Origin: Armatimonadota bacterium
GTDB taxonomy: Bacteria > Armatimonadota > UBA5829 > JAUSEB01
NCBI GenBank assembly: GCA_030650495.1
Contig: JAUSEB010000004.1
Location: forward strand, 1-44,872
Length of the DNA stretch: 44,872 nt
Direction: 5' to 3'
Under the pieces are notes generated by a model. The model saw only the letters and a list, made by a program, of their open reading frames with translations, did no database searches and was not told the DNA's origin. Both the position numbers and the translations under genes were made by a program. Positions 16,753 through 25,748 of the stretch are shown one piece after another (position 1 is the first letter of the stretch; every line of letters begins with the position of its first letter).

Positions 16753-18960
16753 GTGACTATTAAACGGCTATGCTTGGTTGGTTTTCTTGTATTCCCTCTA
16801 GTTATTCTATATATGGCGCTTGCCTACAACGAGCAAGCAGTAAAAGGCGTAAAAGCTGTTGATCCTAGACAACCTCTATATAGACATATTGTAATCCAAC
16901 CTTCCCCTATGAGTCAGAATGAGCCTGAATTAGTTCTTCAGTACGCTCATACCGACTATCCACTCGATGTCTCATTCGCCGTAAAAGCGCCGATTTTTGC
17001 CGCGAACGATGGAAATGGTCATATAGACATTTGGAACACAAGGACACAAACTCTGGAGCGCGTCATTGATACCGGCGTTAAGGAGAGCAGGCGGAACTAC
17101 ATCACTAGGGCTATCGCTCTTTCGCCAAGTGGGAAAACGCTTGCTTATTTAACCAATGATGGTGAGGCTCAGATTTGGGACACTAGTTCAGGTAAATTGC
17201 TAAAGAAACTTCCCAAGCCACTTGGCGAACTGCCCGTAAGCGTAACTTGGTCGGCAGATGGGCTGAAAGTCGCAGCCGGAAGCACGACATCTGTTCGCGT
17301 ATGGATCGTTGAATCCGGTAAGACACTCCGCACATTCCCCGCTGCCGGTGATGTCGCATTTTCAAAAGACGGGCGAATTCTTGGGATAGCCAGTGAAAGC
17401 GGCGCGTCTTTGTTCGATATAACTACAGGCCGCAAGATACGCTCCTTCCACGATAAAGCAGGAGTGAGTTGGCCAATCGCAATTTCACCTGATGGGCGGT
17501 ATGTCGCTACAGGCGGGGAAGACCCGAGCTGGGACCCTGGACCACTCCCTCAAGACGAGGATGGAAATGAGTACCCGCCAACAGAATCGTTTTACTCACA
17601 TGAACTGAAAGTGAAGATTTGGGACCGTCGCACAGGCAGGCGGCTTAGACTGCTGCCGGGCCATAATAACCTTGATGGCGGCACAAAAACACTGCAATTT
17701 ACATCAGACAGCCGCAGACTATTTAGCAGCGGAGATAGTTACACTGCCTTGTGGGATATCCGGTCGGGTAAAAAAGTTAAAGACATCAATGGATATGGCT
17801 CCATATCTCTTTCCCCCGATGGCAAGTATTTGTTAAAACCGCACATGCCGCCTCTCCCAATACGGTCTATTGCTTTTTCACCTGATGGAAAAATACTTGC
17901 CGCAGGAGATGAAACCGATGGTTCAACAGGTCTGCGCTTATGGGACATTGGAAGTGGCCAGCTTGCTCTCGCTCTTCAAGGACCACCGCCGAATTTGCAT
18001 AGCGTCAGCTTTATCTCAAATCATAAGGTATTAAGTAATAGCCTAAACGGAGGATACATTTGGGACGCCTCCACCGGAAAAATACTCACAAAGCACAGAG
18101 GGCTGACGGAAGAGCTTTTTTCTGGATGGGCGCTGCTTACACCAGATGGTTCAAAAATAGTCAACGAATCCATGGGCGGTTTCCAGAAGTCTTTTGCGGT
18201 TTTAGATGCGGTGACCGGCAAATCCATTACAACCCTCCCCACAGGTCACACCGGTTCACTGAATAACGTCTCATTTTCACCTGATGGACGCTATTTGGCG
18301 AACGAGAATTCCCGTGACTCTACCGTAACAATCTGGAATCTGGACACAGGCAGAAAGGTATCAGAACTCGATAATATTGGTAGGGGAGGCGCTTACCTTT
18401 TCTTCTCCCACGATGGTAAGACTATGGCAGGGTCTCTACCGGGTCTTGTGCGCATGCCTGATAACAAGCAGATGACGGATAATAGGCTTATTCTATGGGA
18501 CACTAATTCAGGTAACACAAAGAAGCAAATCATTTTGAGCGAAAAACCGGCGCGTGTTCTGGCATTCACACCCGATGGGCGGACTCTTGCCGCAGGAATA
18601 GGCGCCGATATCCATCTATATGATACTAAAACCCTACATGACAACGGATCGCTAAGCGCAGGCAAATCCCCAATAACCGCATTGGCATATTCTCCAGACG
18701 GCAGTCGCATCGCCGCTGGTCACGAAGACGGCATAATACAAATATGGGATGTGGAACCTTACAAACTCTTGATCACAATGCTTGGTTTCACATCCGCTGA
18801 CGGTAAGAATATTTCTCAAGATTGGATTGCTTACACCCCTGACGGCTTCTATGACTGGTCTCCGGGAGCGACAAAGCTGATAAGGTGGAGATATAAAGGG
18901 AAACTCTACCCGGCAAGTGCATTTACTCAAAAACTACAACAGGATAAGTTGCTCAAGTAG
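16753..18960 (+). CDS. Exported or membrane-anchored WD40 beta-propeller protein
   Basis: Many SPDG...WD repeats; hydrophobic N-terminal signal/TM segment. Confidence 0.85.
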   Translation: MTIKRLCLVGFLVFPLVILYMALAYNEQAVKGVKAVDPRQPLYRHIVIQPSPMSQNEPELVLQYAHTDYPLDVSFAVKAPIFAANDGNGHIDIWNTRTQTLERVIDTGVKESRRNYITRAIALSPSGKTLAYLTNDGEAQIWDTSSGKLLKKLPKPLGELPVSVTWSADGLKVAAGSTTSVRVWIVESGKTLRTFPAAGDVAFSKDGRILGIASESGASLFDITTGRKIRSFHDKAGVSWPIAISPDGRYVATGGEDPSWDPGPLPQDEDGNEYPPTESFYSHELKVKIWDRRTGRRLRLLPGHNNLDGGTKTLQFTSDSRRLFSSGDSYTALWDIRSGKKVKDINGYGSISLSPDGKYLLKPHMPPLPIRSIAFSPDGKILAAGDETDGSTGLRLWDIGSGQLALALQGPPPNLHSVSFISNHKVLSNSLNGGYIWDASTGKILTKHRGLTEELFSGWALLTPDGSKIVNESMGGFQKSFAVLDAVTGKSITTLPTGHTGSLNNVSFSPDGRYLANENSRDSTVTIWNLDTGRKVSELDNIGRGGAYLFFSHDGKTMAGSLPGLVRMPDNKQMTDNRLILWDTNSGNTKKQIILSEKPARVLAFTPDGRTLAAGIGADIHLYDTKTLHDNGSLSAGKSPITALAYSPDGSRIAAGHEDGIIQIWDVEPYKLLITMLGFTSADGKNISQDWIAYTPDGFYDWSPGATKLIRWRYKGKLYPASAFTQKLQQDKLLK

Positions 18961-18982
18961 GTATCTGATTGTCTGCTATAAG

Positions 18983-19065
18983 TATGCTTCGGGATACGCA
19001 TTTCATCCCGAAGCGCTCTCACATGCCAGATACTTCGGGACGAAAGACGAGTCCCGAAGTATAGC
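18983..19065. repeat. Pair of CTTCGGGA...TCCCGAAG hairpins (family B-related)
   Basis: TATGCTTCGGGAT..ATCCCGAAGC (18983-19014) and TACTTCGGGACGAAAGACGAGTCCCGAAGTATAGC (19031-19065); the latter recurs, interrupted, at 41600-41757. Confidence 0.75.
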
Positions 19066-19088
19066 TTTCCCTCCTCCCCATTTTCATT

Positions 19089-19116
19089 AAGGACATTTCC
19101 GCCAATACGCCTAAGT
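19089..19116 (+). promoter_or_regulatory. Putative alternative-sigma promoter AAGGACAT-N15-TAAGT upstream of dapF
   Basis: Part of an approximately 41-bp block duplicated at 20250-20291. Confidence 0.5.
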
Positions 19117-19186
19117 ATTTCTTGGTAAATCATCCCTGAGGGTGGAGTTTTCGGCGCCTCGGCGGAAACGAAATCAGGAGTAGAAA

Positions 19187-20026
19187 GTGCATTTCGCAAA
19201 ATATCACGGCTTGGGCAATGACTATATCGTTATCGAGCCTGGAGAGTTTGATGGTGAGCCTGCAACCGGCCAGATCGTGCGGATATGCCACCGCAACTAT
19301 GGCGTTGGATCTGACGGCATTCTATATGGGCCACTGAGCGCTAAAGATGCGGATTTTGGGCTGAGGATATTCAACCCGGACGGAAGTGAAGCGGAAAAAA
19401 GCGGCAATGGGCTTCGCATATTCTCACGCTATCTCTGGGACAAAGGCATGGTTCAAGAAGAACCTTTTACCATATCCACAATTGGCGGGCTTGTGCGCTC
19501 ACGTGTCTTCGATGGCGGCAAGCAAGTGACCGTTGAGATGGGAAAGGTCAGCTTCAACAGCAGGGTTATACCTATTGTAGGACCAGAGCGTGAGGTAATC
19601 AACGAAAATATCTCAATTGCGGGGGGCCAACTCACATTTTGCGCCGCGACCATAGGCAATCCGCACTGTGTGGTGATTTGCGATACTATAAGTGAAGAAG
19701 AGACCAGGCGATTAGGCCCGCTTATAGAGAACGACGTGAGGTTTCCAAATAGGACTAATGTCCAGTTTTTGCAAATAATAGACCGCGAAAATATCCGCAT
19801 CGAGATATGGGAACGCGGAGCCGGATACACGCTGGCGTCAGGCAGCAGCAGTTGCGCGGCGGCGGCTGTCGCTCACAAACTTGGTCTGTGCGGTTCGCGG
19901 ATAACGGTCCACATGCCGGGAGGCCAAATGGAAGTTTCCGTTGCTGAAGATTTCTCAATTAAGATGACCGGCCCCGTCATTAATGTATGCAGCGGCGAGG
20001 TTTCAGATGAAGCATTCCTGCATTAG
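19187..20026 (+). CDS. dapF: Diaminopimelate epimerase
   Basis: KYHGLGNDY; GVGSDG; FNPDGSEAEKSGNGLR; GNPHCV; WERGAGYTLASGSSSCA. Confidence 0.9.
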   Translation: MHFAKYHGLGNDYIVIEPGEFDGEPATGQIVRICHRNYGVGSDGILYGPLSAKDADFGLRIFNPDGSEAEKSGNGLRIFSRYLWDKGMVQEEPFTISTIGGLVRSRVFDGGKQVTVEMGKVSFNSRVIPIVGPEREVINENISIAGGQLTFCAATIGNPHCVVICDTISEEETRRLGPLIENDVRFPNRTNVQFLQIIDRENIRIEIWERGAGYTLASGSSSCAAAAVAHKLGLCGSRITVHMPGGQMEVSVAEDFSIKMTGPVINVCSGEVSDEAFLH

Positions 20027-20057
20027 CAGAATTCGCGAAAGGAATTATTTTCCCCGG

Positions 20058-20083
20058 TGTTTCGGGAATCTTGTTCCCGAAAC
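20058..20083. repeat. 26-bp palindrome TGTTTCGGGAATCTTGTTCCCGAAAC (copy 1)
   Basis: Identical copy at 27072-27097. Confidence 0.8.
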
Positions 20084-20087
20084 GATT

Positions 20088-20229
20088 GTATGCTGCGGGA
20101 ATGGTCTTATAGTAGAGACTTATATATTTAATCCACCGCAATTCCCGCAGTACGTGAGTGAGTTTGCTGCGGGAACTACTTTATTCTTAATCCAAGGCTT
20201 TATCCAAATACACCGTTCCCGCAGCATAG
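20088..20229. repeat. Two ~65-bp elements bounded by TGCTGCGGGAA/TTCCCGCAG inverted repeats
   Basis: 20088-20153 and 20165-20229; third copy inverted at 21526-21591. Confidence 0.8.
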
Positions 20230-20262
20230 CGCGCCAAGCAACAACCCCACCCATTTTTCATT

Positions 20263-20290
20263 AAGGACATTTCCGCCAATCCGCCTAAGT
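20263..20290 (+). promoter_or_regulatory. Putative alternative-sigma promoter AAGGACAT-N15-TAAGT upstream of the DUF2961 gene
   Basis: Near-identical to 19089-19116. Confidence 0.5.
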
Positions 20291-20329
20291 AGTCTCATGG
20301 TAAATAAGCAACTCTAACCGGAGGGTAGG

Positions 20330-21505
20330 ATGTTAGACGACACAGGTATACTTGGTGGATTGACGAAAGTTAGGAAGGCGCGGACGCTTAGGGCCTCATC
20401 CTGGGCGGTTGACGGGCGGAACCGCGATTCATGGGACATCCCGCTCGGCAAGTCGGTCGTGCTGGCCGATCTCAAAGGCCCCGGCTGCATCACGCATATT
20501 TGGATGACGCAGAACAGGCCGGGCGTTTTGCGCAACGCCGTGCTCAAATTCTACTGGGATGACGAGGAAGAACCCAGCGTCCTCGTTCCATTAGGCGATT
20601 TCTTCTGCATGGGGCATGGGATAATAAACTCGTTCCAGTCGCTGCCGTTCACGGTATCGGTCAACGAGGCGCTAGAGAAGAAATTCGGCACACCCGCCGC
20701 CTTTAACTGCTATTTACAAATGCCGTTTCGGAAGTCCGCCCGCATAGAACTTGAAAACCAGGCTTCCGAAAAGCACGTCCAGTATTTCTATATAGACTAT
20801 GAGGTTTATGACGAGCAATTTGATGATGATGTCGCGTATCTCCACGCGCAATTCCGCCGCGAAAACCCCTGCGACGGCTGGGGGCACGAGATACTCGCTA
20901 ACGCGCCCGAATGCGACATTGTGAACAAAGAAAAAGAGGCGTGGGACAACAACTACGTCATCTTGGAAGCCAAAGGTCGCGGGCATTATATCGGCTGTAA
21001 TTTGTCCGTCACGAACCTTCAGGGCACGCGCTCATGGTGGGGCGAAGGCGATGATATGATATGGGTTGACGGCTACAAATGGCCGCCCGACATTCATGGC
21101 ACCGGCTCGGAGGACTATCTCAACCAGGCTTACGGTATGCAGAAAAACGCGTATCTGATGAATGGTTCGTCCATTTACGAGAAGCAGACCGACGGTTATC
21201 AGACCTCCTACGTTTTCCATCTGACCAACCCGATCAGGTTCAACAAAGAGATTAAGGCGACTATCGAACACGGCCACGGGAACCATTTGGCTGATGAAAT
21301 GGCCTCGGTCGCGTACTGGTATCAAATAGAGCCGCATAAGCCGTTCGGCATTTTGCCCGTCGAGCAGCGGCAGCCAATCAAGAAAGAGCTTTGGGGAGAT
21401 TGGATTATTGATCCGGCCAATCAGACTCCGCAGAAAAAAGTCAAACTCAACGCCGAGATGAAAGAGATGAAAAAGCGTTACGCTGACCGAATGAAGGCGA
21501 AATAA
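20330..21505 (+). CDS. DUF2961 / glycoside hydrolase family 172-like protein
   Basis: GPGCITHIWMT; FYWDDEEEPSVLVPLGDFF; NCYLQMPF; WWGEGDD; GTGSEDY; EHGH; SVAYWYQ. Confidence 0.85.
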   Translation: MLDDTGILGGLTKVRKARTLRASSWAVDGRNRDSWDIPLGKSVVLADLKGPGCITHIWMTQNRPGVLRNAVLKFYWDDEEEPSVLVPLGDFFCMGHGIINSFQSLPFTVSVNEALEKKFGTPAAFNCYLQMPFRKSARIELENQASEKHVQYFYIDYEVYDEQFDDDVAYLHAQFRRENPCDGWGHEILANAPECDIVNKEKEAWDNNYVILEAKGRGHYIGCNLSVTNLQGTRSWWGEGDDMIWVDGYKWPPDIHGTGSEDYLNQAYGMQKNAYLMNGSSIYEKQTDGYQTSYVFHLTNPIRFNKEIKATIEHGHGNHLADEMASVAYWYQIEPHKPFGILPVEQRQPIKKELWGDWIIDPANQTPQKKVKLNAEMKEMKKRYADRMKAK

Positions 21506-21525
21506 TAGGAAGTCGCGGGGTCACT

Positions 21526-21591
21526 GTGCTGCGGGAATTGCGATAGACTAAGCGCATCAATCTCTGCTATAAGACCATTCCCGCAGCATAC
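21526..21591 (-). repeat. TGCTGCGGGAA-bounded element, inverted relative to 20088-20153
   Basis: Reverse complement matches 20088-20118 at 30/31 and 20137-20153 at 16/17. Confidence 0.85.
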
Positions 21592-21592
21592 T

Positions 21593-21670
21593 AACCCCCC
21601 TCAATCCCCCCTTCTCAAGGGGGGAAGTGTCGTAGCTCCCCTCCTTACGAAGGAGGGGTTGGGGGAGGTT
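21593..21670 (+). repeat. Family C double-hairpin repeat (copy 1), core CTCCCCTCCTTACGAAGGAGGGG
   Basis: Recurs at 25672-25740 and 36150-36224. Confidence 0.9.
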
Positions 21671-21688
21671 AAAAAGGAACACGGTAAT

Positions 21689-22762
21689 ATGAAAAGCAAA
21701 TATCCCGTCACGCAAATCTCATCCGGCGCCGGTCCCGCTGTCCACAGCTATTTCGATCTGTGTCCCGAAAGCTTCGATGCAACGCGGGTGTTGTATTACG
21801 AATTTACGGAAGACTCGGCGAGAAACGGCTATGTGATGGTCGCGACCCTGAACAAGTCCGCCAAATTGCCGCTTCGCCACGATCCCACGGGCGAGCCATG
21901 CTCCGGCTCCTCGCACGAGGGAGTGGAGCAGCAGTGGGTCGATAATAATACAATCGCTTACAGGGGAGGCGAACGAGATCACCGCGAAACCGTTATTTGC
22001 TCTATCCACGACAATTCAATTCGCCGCCTGCCGGGAGCGATACGCATGTTCTCACCCGTGAACGGAATGGGACTCAACACGTCTGGGACCTCGCGGAACG
22101 ACGAGCCTGCCGTCTACCTGATGGATTTCCAAAGTGGTAAAACCCGCCGCTTATTTACCCGAAAGGATTTATTTGAGCGCCACCCCTGGCATGACAGCAT
22201 CAAGGACCTCGATAAAATCTACTTCAAGCACTCCAAATGGACCCTTGACGGCAAACGTTTCTTTGTCGTGTTCACAAACGAAGGCTATGACAGGCCGGCG
22301 GGAGTCAGGGGTGTAAAGTCCATATTCGTGGCGGACGCCGGCTGCTCCAACATCCGTTATCTCTGCGAATTCGGCCATCACCCGATGTGGGCGGATGATG
22401 GGACTTTCGCATACGCGTTCGATTTCAGGCAGGACAAAATGCTCAATTTGGTAGCGCATCCAATTGACGGACGCGAGGCGTATCCACTGTTAAGTAATAT
22501 TCACGGCTGGCACGCGAGCCTTAATCCTGAAGGAACCAAAGTGGTCACTGACGTGGGTGCATGGAAGGAAAAAGGCAACGGAGCGTTGTTGTTATACGAT
22601 CTGAAAACGGGCGAATACACCGAGCTTGTCATATATAAGATGGTAGACGCCAGCCACGCGGGCTGCCACGCGCATCCGGTATGGTCGAGGAATGGCAAGC
22701 GTGTATATTTCAACTCCAGCGACACCGGCGTACCGCAGTTGTATGCGATTGATTTGGTTTAG
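21689..22762 (+). CDS. TolB/oligogalacturonate lyase-like beta-propeller protein
   Basis: HSYF..CPES.D; HSKWTLDGKRF; GHHPMW; HAHPVWSRNGKRVYFNSSDTGVPQLY; ATG at 21689 after AAAGGA. Confidence 0.65.
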   Translation: MKSKYPVTQISSGAGPAVHSYFDLCPESFDATRVLYYEFTEDSARNGYVMVATLNKSAKLPLRHDPTGEPCSGSSHEGVEQQWVDNNTIAYRGGERDHRETVICSIHDNSIRRLPGAIRMFSPVNGMGLNTSGTSRNDEPAVYLMDFQSGKTRRLFTRKDLFERHPWHDSIKDLDKIYFKHSKWTLDGKRFFVVFTNEGYDRPAGVRGVKSIFVADAGCSNIRYLCEFGHHPMWADDGTFAYAFDFRQDKMLNLVAHPIDGREAYPLLSNIHGWHASLNPEGTKVVTDVGAWKEKGNGALLLYDLKTGEYTELVIYKMVDASHAGCHAHPVWSRNGKRVYFNSSDTGVPQLYAIDLV

Positions 22763-22776
22763 TGATTAAGCTTTCA

Positions 22777-22837
22777 GTAGCGGCGCCTTCGGCGCCGGCA
22801 TCGGCAGCAGGCTACCGATGCAACAGAGCTGACAGCT
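22777..22837 (+). repeat. Family A double-hairpin element, copy 3 (GTAG foot) followed by AGCTGACAGCT
   Basis: GTAG-CGGCGCCTTCGGCGCCGGCATCGGCAGCAGGCTACCGATGCAAC between convergent genes. Confidence 0.85.
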
Positions 22838-22843
22838 TTTCCG

Positions 22844-23866
22844 CTACAACTTCCTATCCACCGCCTCGGCGATTCGGCGAAGCTGGTTCATTAAGGCTGC
22901 AAACTTTTCAGGCTTTAACGACTGCGGGCCGTCGCTCTTAGCGTGGGGCGGATCGTTATGCACCTCTATCAGCAGGCCGTCCGCGCCTGCGGCAACCGCT
23001 GCTCTGGCCACAGCCCCCACCATTCGCCAATCACCCGTCGCATGGCTTGGATCGACCATAACGGGCAAATGCGTCCATCGCTTGAGAACCGGAAGAGCGT
23101 TGATGTCGGTGGTGTTCCTGGTCGAGTCCTCAAAAGTGGTGATTCCGCGCTCGCATAGTATGACGTTCTGGTTACCCTCCGCCATTATATACTCAGCGGA
23201 CATTAGCAAATCTTTGACTTTCGCCGCAGGACCTCTTTTAAGCAGCACCGGCCTGACGCCTGAGCCTACCTTCTTCAGCAGGGCGAAGTTCTGCATATTG
23301 CGCGCGCCTATTTGCAGAATGTCGGCGTAATCCGTCACCAGGCGCACGTCATGGGTATCGATGACCTCGGTCACTATCGGCAGGCCGACTTTGTCTCTCA
23401 CCCTGGCAAGCATCTTAAGACCTTTTTCGCCAAGTCCCTGGAAACTGTATGGAGAGGTTCTGGGCTTGAACGCGCCGCCTCGGAGTATCTTGGCGCCGGA
23501 TTGTTTGATCGCTTCCGCAATTTCCAGGAGATGGCCTTCATCCTCAACGCTGCACGGACCGGCGGCAACTGTAATCTCATTTCCGCCGATAATAACGTCC
23601 CGCACTTTAACGATCGAGCCTTCGGGATGATAGGACCTCGACGCAAGCTTCCAGAGATCGGAGATAAGGTCCACACGAGCAACTCCCGGCATATTCGAGA
23701 AATGCTCGATCAGATCCGCCTTGTGCGCGTCGACTTCACCCAAAACCGCTATGACCTTGCGCTCAACGCCGGGGTTCATAAACGGCCTAAACCCTACTCT
23801 CTCTATCTCCTGCTCCACCTCGCGGATTTCATCCGGCGTGGCGTCCAAGTCCATAATTATAATCAC
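22844..23866 (-). CDS. aroF: 3-deoxy-7-phosphoheptulonate (DAHP) synthase, type I-beta with N-terminal regulatory domain
   Basis: AGPCSVE; [19 protein letters not shown]; [10 protein letters not shown]; CERGI; DPSHATG; SDGPQSL. Confidence 0.95.
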   Translation of the reverse strand: MIIIMDLDATPDEIREVEQEIERVGFRPFMNPGVERKVIAVLGEVDAHKADLIEHFSNMPGVARVDLISDLWKLASRSYHPEGSIVKVRDVIIGGNEITVAAGPCSVEDEGHLLEIAEAIKQSGAKILRGGAFKPRTSPYSFQGLGEKGLKMLARVRDKVGLPIVTEVIDTHDVRLVTDYADILQIGARNMQNFALLKKVGSGVRPVLLKRGPAAKVKDLLMSAEYIMAEGNQNVILCERGITTFEDSTRNTTDINALPVLKRWTHLPVMVDPSHATGDWRMVGAVARAAVAAGADGLLIEVHNDPPHAKSDGPQSLKPEKFAALMNQLRRIAEAVDRKL

Positions 23867-23926
23867 GGCGTATCCTCCGTCTCTTCTTTCAAATACTCAC
23901 GCAAATCAAACATAGGCCGTGGAAAC

Positions 23927-23955
23927 AGCTTATCCGAGGAGGAACTACATGTCAA
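23927..23955 (-). promoter_or_regulatory. sigma70-type promoter of aroF
   Basis: TTGACA-N17-TAAGCT on the minus strand. Confidence 0.5.
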
Positions 23956-23977
23956 TACGGGGAGGGAGTTGGGTTTA

Positions 23978-24008
23978 AGCTGTCAGCTGTCAGCTGACAG
24001 CTGACAGC
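23978..24008. repeat. AGCTGTC/AGCTGAC heptamer palindrome
   Basis: 31 of the 32 bp of the palindrome at 13367-13398. Confidence 0.9.
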
Positions 24009-24014
24009 ATAAAA

Positions 24015-24626
24015 CTAATCTCCGCGCTTATCTGTGGTTATCCGCAGTTGGCTCTCAACACCAGCGTCCGCCATCTCCTGCACAGAGCGTATGAACCTGC
24101 GCATGCGTTTGCGGTCCCAGTCATCGGCTGAAAGCTGGTAAGCCCTTCTGAGATAGGGCAGCGCCTTTCCCGGCTGATTGAGCTTTCTTGCGTAAATTGT
24201 GCCCATTATCTCATGAACGGCCATATTGTCGGGGTTATTATGAACGCCTTCTTTCAGATATTCGATTCCCTCGTTGGTGCGGTCCATCCCCATGCACAGC
24301 ATCCACGATCCGAGTAAATAGGCATCCACGAAATGCGGGTCCAAATCCGTGATGACTTTGACCAGAGGGAGTATCTCTTTGTTAGCGCGCCAATTGGTGT
24401 TCGTGCGGATGAATTCATGATGGTACTTTTCCACTTTAATCCACAACACATTTGCTATCACCGATCGGAATTCACCGGCTAAGGCGTACATAGCCGATTC
24501 ACTCTTACCGGCGCGTCCAAGGCTGGTCTTCTCATAATTGGCGTCAACAACGGGTTCGAGGATGCATAATGCAGCGAATATGGCTATGAATGGCAAAAAT
24601 TTCCGAATGGCTGCCGTTTTTCTCAT
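24015..24626 (-). CDS. Membrane-anchored TPR-like protein (PilG-like partner of the ABC system)
   Basis: ATG at 24626 with GGAGG; N-terminal TM; FRSVIANVLWI; ITDLDPHFVDAY; TPR-like helices. Confidence 0.7.
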   Translation of the reverse strand: MRKTAAIRKFLPFIAIFAALCILEPVVDANYEKTSLGRAGKSESAMYALAGEFRSVIANVLWIKVEKYHHEFIRTNTNWRANKEILPLVKVITDLDPHFVDAYLLGSWMLCMGMDRTNEGIEYLKEGVHNNPDNMAVHEIMGTIYARKLNQPGKALPYLRRAYQLSADDWDRKRMRRFIRSVQEMADAGVESQLRITTDKRGD

Positions 24627-24844
24627 GTCATTCGCCTCCGAACCGCAATTCGCCGGATAGCCTTGACAATAAAGAACACAACAATGAGCGCGGCTATACC
24701 CAGCATTTGGAGGCGAGTTTCGCACCGATAATCGGGGCAAATCCAGTGATACTCTGCGCCCTCATGCTTATGCGCCAAGACCGCCGGCATGCTAAGCGCA
24801 AACAAGCCTATACTTGGTAGGAGTAATAAAATCAGACGCCGCAA
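24623..24844 (-). CDS. Small protein (73 aa): signal peptide, His/Cys motif, C-terminal TM and Arg-rich tail
   Basis: TTG at 24844, 11 nt after the permease stop; stop overlaps the next ATG (ATGA). Confidence 0.6.
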   Translation of the reverse strand: MRRLILLLLPSIGLFALSMPAVLAHKHEGAEYHWICPDYRCETRLQMLGIAALIVVFFIVKAIRRIAVRRRMT

Positions 24845-24855
24845 CTTTCCCACAG

Positions 24856-25629
24856 CTACAACTCCCGCCTTGCGAAGATGGCGCAGGCCAAACCTACAGT
24901 GAAAGCCGCATATAAAACACCATAAGCGGCCACAAGCAGCAAGTAAGATGTTGGGGTTTGCACACCGTGTACAAGAGCGTCCTTGAAGTTGAAACATTCG
25001 AGATTAGGTATAAGGTGGTATAAGAATTTTCCAATAACCTTAACAGTTCCATTATCGTTCGCATTCAGCAAAGTGGCAAGATAACCGATCTTGACCGTCC
25101 CTAACACGAACACCAGAAACGACACGACCGCAGCCGCCACGGGAGTTGCAAATGTGGACAAAAGCACTGTAATACCCGCGAGTACCGCAGACTCCAGCAA
25201 AACAAATCCGATTGCCGTGAACATGAAAGTATCCACATGATGCTGATACCTGAACAGCAGCGCGCTAAACGCTAATGTCATAACCGCGACACTGGCAATT
25301 GTGGTAATGAGCGTGCCGAGGTACTTCCCCATCACGTATTCCCACCGCCTCAACGGACGGGCGAGTATCGGATAGATAGTCTTATTCTCCACATCAGTGG
25401 GTATCGATCCGCATCCAAGCGCAATGGCTATCATGCCGGCGCTGAGCATTATGCTCGCCAAGCATAAATCTTTTAATACCTTAACCTGCACGCCTAACGT
25501 AAAGAACGACAGGAGTGTCGAGCTGAAGATAACTACAACCGTGCCCAACACGAGCACGTGGAAAACCTGCTTGCGAGCATTCTCCAGAAGATTCAGCCTT
25601 GCCAGTATGAGCGTTCTTCTTAAAGCCAT
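24856..25629 (-). CDS. ABC transporter permease (ABC-2 type, PilI-like)
   Basis: Six TM segments; DVENKTIYPILARPLRRWEYVMGKYLG. Confidence 0.85.
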   Translation of the reverse strand: MALRRTLILARLNLLENARKQVFHVLVLGTVVVIFSSTLLSFFTLGVQVKVLKDLCLASIMLSAGMIAIALGCGSIPTDVENKTIYPILARPLRRWEYVMGKYLGTLITTIASVAVMTLAFSALLFRYQHHVDTFMFTAIGFVLLESAVLAGITVLLSTFATPVAAAVVSFLVFVLGTVKIGYLATLLNANDNGTVKVIGKFLYHLIPNLECFNFKDALVHGVQTPTSYLLLVAAYGVLYAAFTVGLACAIFARREL

Positions 25630-25671
25630 TTCTTACTATTACCTCAGAAACTGTCCAGCATGATTAGCAAT

Positions 25672-25740
25672 ACCCCCCTCAGTCCCCCCTTCTAAAGGGG
25701 GGAAGCTCCCCTCCTTACGAAGGAGGGGCTGGGGGAGGTT
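25672..25740 (+). repeat. Family C double-hairpin repeat (copy 2)
   Basis: CCCCCCTTCTAAAGGGGGG + CTCCCCTCCTTACGAAGGAGGGGCTGGGGGAGGTT. Confidence 0.9.
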
Positions 25741-25748
25741 AAACCTCA

